Assembly (NCBI GenBank): GCA_046563655.1
Contig: CM102285.1
Span: 2,604,001 to 2,668,000, forward strand
Source: Yuukianura sp. NJ FZ-2021
Lineage: Eukaryota
DNA: 64,000 bases
Reading direction: 5' to 3'
This document shows positions 1 to 19,400 of the stretch, one piece after another. The stretch's first letter is position 1, and every line of letters begins with the position of its first letter. The notes beneath the pieces are model-generated. The model searched no databases. It was not told where the DNA came from and saw nothing but the letters and a program-made list of their open reading frames with translations. A program made the translations under genes and the position numbers.

Positions 1-2222
1 TCATTGGGACTTCCAGCTAACAGCATTAACTTTGGAGCTTGGGCTGATGTAAGCTGACAAAACAATATAACATCCAAGGTTGCTATAGCAAAGAAATAGT
101 TTTCTTTTAACAGGTTAGGCAATTAGTCCTGTTTTCGAAAAATCTTGAGTCAAATATTTTTCCTACCTTTTTTTGTTTTTTTAATATCTTTTACTCCTTT
201 TCTACTTTGAATTTGTCAATTCAAAAGCCATCTCTGCAAATTTTTTAACTCCTTTTATTATACCAACCGTGTTTGAAACTAGGTGAATTCAGTACTGAAA
301 ATTTTTTGCAAAACAGCTTAAAACTCGAGTTATTGTCTAACCTTTTAAAGAAAAAAAATTTCTTTGTTTATCCACGGTATTCTTGATAATACCGATTTCA
401 TATAAAATTAATATAATATATATCTTTAAATATTGTTGTTTTTGAATTTCAGGTTGGAGTTGCCGCGAACCTGAAAAGTTTCAAAGAAGGTACACTGGGA
501 ATGCGCAGCTTTACACCCAGTCAAGGTCTACAATCAATGCAAAGAATATTTTGGACAAATCGACGCCAAGTGGCCGTCGCGGACGTTTTTGATTGGAGTC
601 TTCTAAAGCAAATCAGTCGACTCGGTAACTATTTTGACCAAATAAAGTCTGAAGCCACTTTAACCATGAAGACAGCAGATGATGACAGCGTCATCACCGG
701 GAAACTTCAAACTGCAACGCCGGAGGAGCGTCAACAAACGATTGAAAACTTTTTGGAGAATGCTCTCAAAGAAACACTGAGAATTCCCGACAACGAGCGG
801 ATAGACCGAGATCAAAACTTTTCTGAAATCGGAGTCGACTCACTTATGGCCATGGAGTTGCGCAATCGAGTTCAAGGAATCTTGAACGGCAAACAATTGG
901 CAGTGACTGCATTACAAGAAAATCGAACCATCAGAAGCCTTGCAACTCACATGTCAAAACTAATTTGTTCAGATGACACTCAACAACTTTCGGTAGAATC
1001 TCTCATTGCGCAAGACTCAATTCTTCCAGCCGAAATTCAGCCCACTGAAATCCCGCCTTCAAAACCGAGTCAATTTAAACAAGTTATGTTAACTGGTGCA
1101 ACTGGTCATCTCGGTATCAACTTAATTCCGGCGCTGCAAAACGAAAATCCAAATTTGTTTATTCACTGCATCGTGCGCGGCAAAAGTTCTGTAGACGCCG
1201 GTAACCGCTTGAAAGAAGCTGTGAACCAATATTCTCTCACCAACAAAATCAATTTTCAAAAAATTCGAATTTTGGCGGGAGATCTTTCACAGAAAAATTT
1301 CGGCTTACCGTCTCACGTATACGATTCACTCACACAGGAAATTGATGCCGTTATTCACTGCGCCGTAAAAGCAAATCATGTAGAAGAGTACAACGGATTT
1401 GGAGCAGAGAGTTTGCGCAGAGTGAACGTCGAAAGTACTCTGAATGTTCTACGTTTTTCAGCCGTTGGTAAAACAAAGGCAATACTCTACGCATCAACAC
1501 TACTAGCCGCTTCTCAAGTAGATGAAAACTGCGCATTAGTCGAAAACTTTCCAACCGCGCATGACTCTGTTTCTACAACAAGCAATGGCTACGTTTTGTC
1601 AAAATTTGTCTGTGAACGGCTAATGGCACAAGCACTACAACGTGGAATTCCAGTCACGGTCATTCGGTATGCAAACATCTTCGGCAACAGTGAAACCGGG
1701 TTCTTGCCTACCGAAAAGAGTCATGCCTGGAGAATCCTCACTTCTTGTATCCGTGTAATGAAGTTTCCAAGTCTAGGTCAAAATGGTGTTCCTATAATGG
1801 CGGTGGATACGGCTGCTGACGTCACGGCAAAAATCTTCCTCCAAGATTCCATGGAAACGGGAATGTACAACTTGACCAGCAGTTCGACAATTTCAGAAGA
1901 AGATATTGTTGCAGCATTTTCGGAATTTGGGGTAGACGGAGAATTTGTGCCGTACTTGGAGTGGCGGGATTTAGTTTTCAAAAACAAAGAGGACAATGAC
2001 TTGGCAGCATTCCTGAGTCTGTATCATCAAGATGGTGATGCACAGGCGCAGAGCTTTCTAGGATTCCAGTCTTTGGCGAAAAACTTTCCAACCTTGAGGA
2101 TTAATACGATTAGTGAAAAAGTTAGGCGGAATTGTCCAGATTTTGAAGAGAGTATTGTTCCAATTCAGGATCTTTTGGAACAGCATCTTGAATTCTATTA
2201 TGAACAAAAACGAAACAAATGA
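1..2222 (+). CDS. Type I polyketide synthase, 3' part (5'-truncated by the window): KR C-terminus, ACP, terminal NAD(P)H-dependent thioester reductase (R) domain. Exons 1-48 and 453-2222
   Basis: Bases 1-48 encode SLGLPANSINFGAWAD, the typical KR end motif. A GT intron 49-452 (ending ttcAG) splices in frame to VGVAANL..., continuing into ORF 501-2222. The ACP motif is IGVDSLMAMELRNR (Ser codon ~840). The R domain has VMLTGATGHLG (Rossmann) and GYVLSKFVCE (YxxxK). Confidence 0.9.
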
Positions 2223-2920
2223 GTTGAATTCAAAACTTTCATGATGTTAATAGGAACTACTATTTTTAGTTATTAGATATTTTAAAAAACAAGTTTGACT
2301 AAAAAAAGATTTATAACACGTCAAGAGAAGCGAACCAAATTTGCTACGGAAAACAACTTTATATGTTTGCCTATTTGGCTTGAACTAATTGAGATGGACT
2401 TCCCTAACGTGCTAATTTGAACAGAAATTGTCAAATGTTTTTGAAAGATGGAATAATTTGGTTATTAAACAACATGGACTTCTATGATCAACTGTGTTTA
2501 AAATGTTCACAAAAAAGAGAAAGATTTCAAACGATTAAAAGTGCAAACTTAACTTCAGTTTTTTTTTCTAGCAAGTACTTATTGTCGTCCCAGCGAAGGC
2601 CATTGAGCTCCACTATTCCGGAGTGGGTAAACAGCATGTAATTTTTTGTCGCGCACTTAGGAAGCCGTAACCTTTCAGTATTTTTTTTTTACTTATTCTT
2701 CCAAAAACCTGTTTGGAATATAGTGATGAGTGTATGGAATTCTAGGAAATAGGAATGAAAATAAAAGTTATAGCAGAAATATAAAAATCACTGTGGGAAT
2801 TTTTCACACGAATAAATTCGTTTGTATAAAAACAGTAAGGTGAACATTTTACTGACTTTGCTGACTTACTTTGCAATTCGCTTAGACCAAAATCATATTT
2901 GTGTTTAGAATTGGTACAAA

Positions 2921-4720
2921 ATGAAAAACGGTCTTCAAATATTTATTATTTTATTCATCATTCGACATCCAGTTTCAGAAGCTAAAAGTAAGTTTGTTTT
3001 TTTGGCTTTCGTTAAAAATCGATAATTGTTTCAAAATTACTTTAGTTTTCCAACGCTTAACTTTCTTTACGCTGTTTTTTTTAAATGATAGTCGGGGCTG
3101 CTTGTGTAATTTCTGATTGGCGAAGATCAGAAGGCGTTTGTACACCTCTGGCAAAATGTGGTTCAGCCATTTCTGACTTGCGAGCTGGAGTAACCCCAAC
3201 AATATGTCCCGTATGAATATATAATTTAGATAAAATATTATATAAATGAACAACAAAATGATTATACCAGCCTAAACGTATTACTGGTCTTGAAATCTTG
3301 TTTACAGGCTCGGGAAACTCTTGTTTGCTGTCCAACTGAGAAAAGAATTAGCGAAGAAAGTGAGCAATTGCTTATAATTTTATCAATTTAACAAATTCAA
3401 ATGTTTTGATTTAAAGTGCAATCTGTTTCATTAGTGTGTGAGGGATATTTGGAAATTTTAAAAGAAACTAACGGGCCTACACCGCTGCTCCCCCTGGCTT
3501 TTCTACAAAATCGTCCAAAAGAAATTCAGTGTATAAATTTTGTTAATCAATTAATCGTGGATGGAAGAGATGCGCAGCAGGACGAATTCCCGTACATGGT
3601 AGGCAGTGGTGAGATTTTCGTTTGCGCAGATTCAATTTATCTTTACAACACGTTTATAATTGGCGCAAATTTTTAGGTGGCTTTGGGTTGGGGTCAAAAT
3701 CAGAACAATTTGGAGTTCGGTTGTGGTGGGACTTTGATTAGCGAAGACTTTGTTCTGACTGCTGCACATTGCATATCCAGACCGTAAGTGACACAGACTG
3801 CATTAACTCGAAAGTTGTGTTTCGCAGTACATAACCTCAACATCGAATTTTTGCAAAACGTAAAGTAAACACAGCCAATAATTTTTGTTCATATTTTGTA
3901 GCAAAAAGCCTACATATGCCTTACTGGGTGATATTCGACTGAGGACTGAGCACGGCGGAGGAAGTGGGAGACGGCAGTTAGTTAAAATTGTGCAGCATAT
4001 TCCGCACCCGAAGTACAAAAGGCCAAAAACGTATAACGACATTGCTCTTCTGAGACTTGAAAAACCAGTGGCCCTTTCAAGGTCAATTCTGCCAGCATGT
4101 TTGCCACAACCGCACATGCGCCTTGACCAGAGAAACAACACTGTTGCCTGTGGGTGGGGTCAAATAAATACCGCCGGTAGAGAAAAAATTGTTTATTTAT
4201 TTTTCGAATTCCTGTTTAGCGGGAAAAATTAAACCCAAAACGATTTTTCTTGGTTCTTTTCTTTAGAGGAACACAGCAACGTGCTGCAAGCAGTGAACTT
4301 GATGCGTCTTACTACAAGTGAATGCTCAAAGCAGTACAATAGTGATCAACTGGATGGGTCCCTTAAGTACCCACAAGGAATCCTTCGATCCCAGTTCTGC
4401 GCGGGTAAGTTTCAAACCGAAGTTTTTCCCACCACTTTAACTTGTTGAAATAGAAGGATAACAGCTTCAAGTGAAAAAATTTTTAAAGCAGTTTTTAATT
4501 TCTAGGAGACTCCGACCGCGAGAAATCGAAGAAGGATACTTGTAAAGGGGACTCAGGGGGGCCCTTGGTGGTTTCTAGTGACCGACATAGATGTCTCTAC
4601 TATGTCGTAGGCATCACATCATTTGGACCGAGTGTCTGTGGCCTCCTACCGGGCGTCTACACCAACGTCCAATCACATTTGGACTTTATAGAACAACACG
4701 TCTGGCCACGAAACGTGTGA
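2921..4720 (+). CDS. CLIP-domain trypsin-like serine protease (Snake/Persephone-like, CLIP-C), about 8 exons
   Basis: Signal-peptide exon 2921-2987 ([14 protein letters not shown]). Clip domain C-x9-GVC..KC...[12 protein letters not shown] (3092-3210, 3308-3359), then RISEEMCEGY. Activation site NQL^IVDG. Catalytic motifs TAAHC (~3760), DIALL (~4040) and [10 protein letters not shown] (~4540). Stop TGA at 4718-4720. Introns are GT-AG and in phase. Confidence 0.92.
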
Positions 4721-4984
4721 AATTGGCATACTCGGCAAGGAATCTAAAATTGTAGCAGTGATTGTTGTGAGTTTGCTCGTGACATTGAAATTTACTTAAA
4801 TAGGCAAAGCAGAGAAATTTTTATAAACATTTTTTCAACCGTAGTGGAACAAATTTTCAAATCCATTACGGGTTATACTCTTCATTTAACTTCGAGATCC
4901 ATGCATGTTTGTGCTAATGGCAGCATTGTGCTAATTTGACAAAAAGTGTTTTTTTTTAAATGTTAGCTTACAAATTAAATTATT

Positions 4985-12519
<7,535 letters not shown>

Positions 12520-12571
12520 TCTGTTTTTTACTGACGTTGAGATGCAGATGAGCTTGTTTTATGGCAGCCCG

Positions 12572-12584
12572 AGGTCAATGCCCT
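12572..12584. promoter_or_regulatory. IR1 EcRE-like element just upstream of the putative Tmc start codon
   Basis: AGGTCA-A-TGCCCT, one mismatch to PAL1. Confidence 0.35.
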
Positions 12585-13396
12585 CCAGGTTTTGAACTTC
12601 CTGGAACTGAAATTCTGCTTTCCGGAAGGAAGTCAAGAAAGTGAATAATGGGTTTTCGGTCTCACTTTCTCTGCAGAAGAGAAAGTGGATTGGAAGGACT
12701 ACGTTTAGCCAAAGTCAATTTGATTTGCTCTAGTTCTTTTTTCATTTGAGTCATATACCAAGGAAAACACTCATCACATGAATCTAGGGTTACTCTCACT
12801 TTGGTTTCAAAAAGCAGACACGCCTTTTTTGATTACATTTTACTAAAAATGTGTTTGATTACTATAACGGAAGCAAAATATAAGAGTGTCCAAACACGAA
12901 TTAGCAGCTCTCCTGTTCATTTAAGTGGAATTGGAATCAGGTACAACGAAATTACTTATAGTCAACCTCAATCAAACCATAGTTGCTTTCATTGCAACTG
13001 GCGGTAAATGGCTACCACGCCCTAACAAATACTTCTAATACTCGTTTTAACACTTCACAAACAGTCTAAAATTTTGCCCCGCCTACTTATATTGCCTTGC
13101 ATTCTCAAAAGTATTATGAAACTATCAGAACGGTTTTGCAGCATTTTATTTTAACTTTAACCATTTTCCTGATTGGGGTTGTAATATAAAGGTAATAGGA
13201 AGATGTATTTTAAGAATAAGTATTATGTTATTATGGTGTGCTTTGGATTCATGCAAAACTTGGAAAACTTTTTACTTTGAAGCTTAATTTTACTTGAACT
13301 TACTACTTCTACAATATGTTTCCATTTCATTTCGTCATCTCCACGCTGGAAGTTCCAGTTGAAGCAAAACGTCCGTAACTAGATACCGAAAGACGC

Positions 13397-13467
13397 GAAA
13401 AAATTTGGAAACTTCCAGGTCTTTCATAGTTCTACTATGAAAAACCTGGAAGTTTCCAAATTTTTTC
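13397..13467. repeat. 71-bp near-perfect palindrome (34-bp arms, 3-nt spacer, 1 mismatch)
   Basis: gaaaaaatttggaaacttccaggtctttcatagt-tct-actatgaaaaacctggaagtttccaaattttttc. Confidence 0.92.
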
Positions 13468-13786
13468 ATCCAACAATCATGTTCCAAAATTCAATTGGAC
13501 AATTACAAGTAAGACGCATACCAAATATTCCATTGAACGTTCTAAGCAGCCTAACCGATTTCACCACAGAAGTAGATCAATTAACCACTCTTGAACGATT
13601 GACCAATAAAACGTCTAGAAATATTCAAGTTATCTAGCCATATACCGTTTAATTAGCACTCAAAACCAATTGGGAAAAGCTTTCGAAGAGTTTACAAATA
13701 ATTTACAAAGTAGTGTAGCACTGATGATAGTTGGCCTTGATTTTAACCACGACGATTTGCCTTTTAACTGCTTATGAGAACATATT

Positions 13787-13816
13787 TATAAAGGCATCGC
13801 GCTCTTGGTAGTCAGT
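13787..13816 (+). promoter_or_regulatory. TATA box plus initiator of EF-hand gene 1
   Basis: TATAAA at 13787 and an arthropod Inr-like TCAGT at 13812. The TATA is conserved in the paralogue promoter (22156-22161, minus strand). Confidence 0.55.
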
Positions 13817-13874
13817 AGTGCACAGAATTTGGAACTGAAGCGTTTGTAGTTGACAACTAATTAAGAAATATATA

Positions 13875-14342
13875 ATGCCGCGAGACTATGCAAAACAGCT
13901 CTCCGAGAAGGATTTGGAAGAACTCACGGAAATATTCTGCTCGATGCCGACATTTGAAGCCTCAATTTCTACAAATGACGTAGCTGAACTGTATAAGAAA
14001 ATGGAATACGAGCAGACTCCGCAACAAATAGCATCTTGCGTGTTCTACTTTACAAAATATTTTAACGGGAGAATGCCGCTCAGCAGATTCCAAGACATTT
14101 TGAAGACGATTCATGATATAGCGGAATGTGCAAAAATTGCCGCCACAGTGTACGATACAAATGGGGATGGATTCATTGATGCGAGTGAATTCGAAGAATT
14201 CAAGGACATTTGTAGAACGCACGATCCACGACTAAAGGAAATCGATTTTGATAAGCTTATTCAACAGGCAGACAAAGACAGCGATGGGAAAATCAGCATT
14301 ACAGAATTTTCGGACTGGATCAACGCTTCACTCAAAATGTAA
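13875..14342 (+). CDS. EF-hand Ca2+-binding protein (calmodulin-like, 155 aa), paralogue 1, intronless
   Basis: Canonical C-lobe loops DTNGDGFIDASE and DKDSDGKISITE; the N-lobe is degenerate. Confidence 0.9.
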   Translation: MPRDYAKQLSEKDLEELTEIFCSMPTFEASISTNDVAELYKKMEYEQTPQQIASCVFYFTKYFNGRMPLSRFQDILKTIHDIAECAKIAATVYDTNGDGFIDASEFEEFKDICRTHDPRLKEIDFDKLIQQADKDSDGKISITEFSDWINASLKM

Positions 14343-14839
14343 TTCACACTACTAGCAGTATCCCAAGTAATCTATAAACCTTTCAAAACATTCAGTGCAA
14401 AGACAACCGAAATCTTTATTAATTTAAGATAACATTGTGAAGTTTATCTTATGTTTTACTGCTAATGCTGGTTTACATTCAAATAAAGCTGATCATTTTC
14501 CTTGGTTCTCTATTGGATCACGTTGGTAAATTTTTATGACAATAATCTTTTTTATCTTTCAAAAAAGCTGCAAATATACGCTTGCAAAAATTTATTTCTG
14601 TTTAAAAAAAGCTTCAGCCATAGTAAAAATGTTTTCGCTGGTTAACTAAGGCTAATTAATTTTTCATTGAGTTTTATTGACTGAAACCGAAAAAAGAGTT
14701 AATATCGTTCCGAGTTTGATCATATTTAGAGCTAAATGCCTCCTCAATTTCCAAATTAATGTTGATTAAAAATACAGAGCTTTGACTGAGCTTGTAAACC
14801 TCTTAAGTAACACTTTTAACATTCAAAGCTATGGCATTT

Positions 14840-15313
14840 TTATGGTTGTAATTTTAAATTAGTAGTCATCCAATCATGAAACTCGTCTAAGCTGATTTTG
14901 CCATCCTTGTTTTTGTCAGCATCTTTCAAGAGTTTCTCAAAATCCACCGCCTTGAGTTCAGGCATATGAACAACCATGAGAGTTTTAAATTCTTCGTACT
15001 CTTCTTTTGAAATGAATCCATCTCCATTTGTGTCGTACACAGCTACGGCTAGTCTTCCTTGTTCAACTGGATCCGAAATTGTTCTGAACGCATCGCGAAA
15101 CAAATTAATTGGTACCACGCCTCCATAGTGCTTTTCAAGATACGCCTTGTAAACAGCTCGTTGCTCCGGAGTACGCTCATATCCCACTATTTTATGTAGC
15201 TCAAATACGTCACTGACTGAAATGGACTCTTGATAGGACGGCATGGAACGAAATGTTTTAATAAGGTCTTCCATGTCCGATTCTGAAAGCGGTTTTGTGA
15301 AGTCCTTTGGCAT
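14840..15313 (-). CDS. EF-hand Ca2+-binding protein (157 aa), paralogue 2
   Basis: The ATG at 15313 (MPKDFTKPLS) aligns with the paralogues. Loops DTNGDGFISKEE and DKNKDGKISLDE. Confidence 0.9.
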   Translation of the reverse strand: MPKDFTKPLSESDMEDLIKTFRSMPSYQESISVSDVFELHKIVGYERTPEQRAVYKAYLEKHYGGVVPINLFRDAFRTISDPVEQGRLAVAVYDTNGDGFISKEEYEEFKTLMVVHMPELKAVDFEKLLKDADKNKDGKISLDEFHDWMTTNLKLQP

Positions 15314-17355
15314 CTTGAAATCACTTGATTTTGTATTTTGTTCCAACAAACAAAATTAGAAGCAAAATGAAAAGCAACTGTGGGCAGTCAAGAAAGATCT
15401 TCTGCCTTTTATGTATTGTTGGTAGTTTTCTCTTTGACTTAACTTCGCATTTAATAAGTAATGGGTTGAAACTGGTTAAATGATAACCTTTGAACAAAAA
15501 CGTGACTAATAAAAGTTTTACCTTGACAGAAAAGAATAATTTATTATGTTTTCTTTCAAACAACAATTCATAGTTTAAAGCAAGATAAATAGAATACTTC
15601 TAACTACTAGAGTCTAAGGTAAGAAATTAAAAAAAATGAAAACTTGATTATGAATCCAAGCTATAGTAGCTGTACAGATTTACTTTCATTCTGCTTTTAT
15701 TAAATGGCCTTCTTATATGATTTGGAAAACTTGTCAGATTTTTTAAGCTTTGGGATGAAACATAAAATTAGTTGCACCGACCAATACAACCCATCAGCTT
15801 CTTGAAAAAAGTTTTTTAAAATCATCCAGTAATTGGCTCGTGTCATACTTCATACATGACAACCCTTTTTAGAGTTTCTACAAAATCTGGTTTTAAAATA
15901 AAGCAGTCAGTTACGTAAACCACAAGTTGAATTAATCCTGAAGTATCTTGACGTCACTTGAAGGTTGAAATGGCACTTTATCACAAAACGCTTAGTAAAG
16001 TAGAGTGTGTTCAACAGTTGCCACTTATTGAGGCGTTCGCTCAAATTCAATCCTTTTAAACCAATCTCAATACGTCATTCATTAGTCGAAACGGATTGTA
16101 CGAATGTTTGCATCTATTGAAATATTTTCATGATCTCTGTCAAGTCTTTGTACTAGTATTATAAAAAAATAGTATACCACAGGAAAAGAACGACAACAAA
16201 ATTTATTTCATGGCACTATGGTGCTAGTTCGTCTAAAAACGCAAGACAGTTTATTTATCTTCAAAATTAAATATTTTTGATTTTTTCGGCGCGGGTTGCA
16301 TTGCGCGTGTGCAACATCATGTATACACCGGCGCCTGAGCCGATTATTTTGAGACTTAATGTCACTCCAGTGTCATTGGCCGAAAATAATTTCTTCGTCA
16401 CTTTTTACTCTTACCATGTTTCTGTTCACTGTTTTCCTTTTAGTTAATTAATCCCACTTCTTATTGTTGTGTTAGTTGCCAAAATACATCAAGCAGAGAG
16501 CAAATTAGAGAAAAATTAAGCAAATCGACCCATAGAAAGAAGAAAAAATGAAGAAGTTATCGAAAACCTAGACTTATCGTTTGGCTAGAAAACTAGGGTA
16601 ATCCAATTTCGGCTTTGGGACATTCGGGTTGTGGAACTTCTTGGGTATGCCAAAAAGTGCCCTCTGGCAGGAGTTATTTGAAGTTCAGAAAATCATTTGT
16701 GAGGCGATTACTGTTGACAAAATGGTTCAACTTTGGCCTGCATACTGTCAAAATTTTGAGGAACTGGAAGCTCTAATCATGATAGGGAAAAAAGCACTGA
16801 GCAGTTTAACAGGAACACCATTCATCCAATAATTATTGAACTTGGGAATGATTCCTCTTATTTCGAGATTAGTTTTGATGATTTAGGTTCGGATAATTAG
16901 GGGGTCACAAACGATATAGCACAGACTGTATTCAACCTTGTGAAAGAAAGTCAGTAACGAATGGCAACAACTAAAAAGTTAAGTAAACAAACTGTCTTGC
17001 GTTTTTAGACGAACATTAAATATTAATTGCTACTATTGTATAATATGAATTTTGAATAATTTTTTAAAAGATTTTGAAAATTCATTGATATTCATTCAGA
17101 AGAATATGTACTTGCTTATAGATTAGCTACAAACTACTAGTTGGTGAAAATGTTCTGGGAAATTTAAAAATGATAATTTAGAAAATATGATACATGATAA
17201 TTTAAAGAAATTTAGGTTTTGAGAACTTTCGACTGATTTTAGTAACTAATTACTTTCACGTCACTCCTCAAGTAACTGACAAGATGTCTTGGATATTTTC
17301 GATTTCAAAATATATGAATACAATAAAAGATTAAGGTAATTTGAGTATTAGTGAA

Positions 17356-18631
17356 TCACCATGTGAGTAGTGCATTTACTGTATTATCAATAACGAGTCC
17401 CAGATACGTTGCCTTTGTTTCGGGTTTGACCACGTACAACCTTCTTACCCTTACTCCAAATGGACGCAAGCTTTTCAAAAGCATTCTGTTCGATGCATGC
17501 TGTCCATGATCACTTTCATTTCGCCTCTTCTTGAGAATATCCGAACTTTCGTAGTTTCCCGCCACAGTGTAAAATGTCAACCCCATGAATGTGTTCACAA
17601 CTACCAGAACGATTGTTATGAAGTACGTTGAAAGAGGTACTTTACCAAATGTACGCATAGCTAGGTAGATTGAGCGGATCCAGACTATGGCTTGTGCCCC
17701 AAGCCACATTGGATTGAATACAGCTTGGAACGAGTCGTTGAATAAAGTGTCCAATAAGTAGCGAAGTCTATAGGCTGCTACAAATTCAGCAGCATTACTT
17801 GATCTATATCAAAAAATGTCAGATTGACATTACATGATATACATGTATTTCAAATGTGCATTAAGGTAACTTGAATATTTTCTTACTTTGCCAGAATTAG
17901 TCGTAATGATTTTGCCGATAGAGTCAAGTAGAGGATGAAGACGTACAAGATTGGAACAAGCGATGCGTAATAGGTTGTATAGAAGTAGCGATCCAACAAT
18001 CTTTCGGCAACTTCAAACGCGCGAAATTTACGTCCAAAGAGCATAACTGTAAGTTGGTAGCCTTGACCTCGACTAGTTAGTATGCTTGGAATAAGGACGG
18101 ACAATGACACCAACATACTTGCAATAAAGTAGGCGAGGACGGCATTTGATTTCTTCCAAATTTTCTTGAAATCGTATTGAAATTTTTCTATTGACAGAAA
18201 TTTTATTAATTTTATTAACATGATTTTTTTTTGTTACAGTTTTTGAAAAATTTACCTTCCATTCGGCCTTGAATTTTAATAAATTGATTGAGGAAGTATG
18301 CATATTCTTTCTCCTTTCCATTCAGCATGAGATGTACTGTCAAATATAGAACCAGGGTTTGAATTCCGCGGATCAAATCATTCACATCTTTTCTACTTAG
18401 GTCCAAATGTCCTTGTAAGAACTGAATCCAGCGAAATACAAAGAATAAGAAGCGTGCTGTCATTAGAAAATTTCGGAACTTGATGAAATACTTTCTTTTA
18501 ATTTTGATCAACTTGGTTTCGCTTGAAATGACTTTTGTTTGAGGAATTAAGGAAGTAGTGGTGACTGCAAAAGAAGTGAAAAAAACTATTGAGTTACATT
18601 TCATAAAACGAGAAAAGAGTTTGAGATCCAT
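17356..18631 (-). CDS. Gustatory-receptor-like 7TM chemoreceptor, ~374 aa; exons 18631-18256, 18187-17887, 17803-17356
   Basis: Three exons join in phase (376+301+448 = 1125 nt). There are multiple hydrophobic segments, and the C-terminus LKSLRPFGVRV...KATYLGLVIDNTVNALLTW resembles the arthropod GR TM7 region. Confidence 0.7.
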
Positions 18632-19400
18632 TTCAAAAAAAAAGTAAAAATTGAAAATGAATAGCTTAAGTTCGAGGCTTTTGTATCATTTTTTGAGTCG
18701 AGAGGTTTTAATTGTTTTTATGACACCGCGCTAAAGAAAGCAATTAGGAAGTTTGGAAAAAATGATAGAAAGAGGCAGAAGAGTCACAAATAATTTATGC
18801 TTCCTTCAAATCCAACTTTATTTCGTAAACCGCTTGTATTTAATTACACGATTTGTTTTTGAAATTACCAAAAATGCTTGTTTCAATTGAGAGAAAACGA
18901 TCAAAAAGGGGAAGATGTATGTTTGCTGTTGTAGGTATTGTTAAGTTAAAAATTAATTTTTACCACCTAATGCTTTGAAATAGCGGAGCAAGTAAATGAT
19001 GACATCAACAGACAAACTGACACAAACACAAATGGCTTGAGAATGGAAAATGGTTTAGGCAGTTAGTTTTATAACTTTTAGAACTCAACACATTAGAAAT
19101 AATAACTTATAATATGCAATAAACACGTAATAACTTATAATGTCAAACTGAAAAAACTCAGCAACACTCTACTCCATTATTGCTACTGCGCGACGTCAAT
19201 ACCAAAGGAATTGTACCGTATATGCTCGAATATTAGCCGTATTCTATTCCCCTCGCGAATTTGAAGAAAATTTCAAAGTATGGTAATTAGTGATAGCATT
19301 TTTATGGAAATTATAATTGTTGAACAACCAGATTTTATTTAAAAGATTCTCAATAATTTTTAGAAGATCGAAACAAAATTTTCATTTACTTGGATTACTT

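Noticed and set aside
16600-16980. Coding-looking remnant (MPKSALWQELFEVQKIICEAI...)
   Set aside because: It is short and interrupted, with no recognisable family or exon structure.
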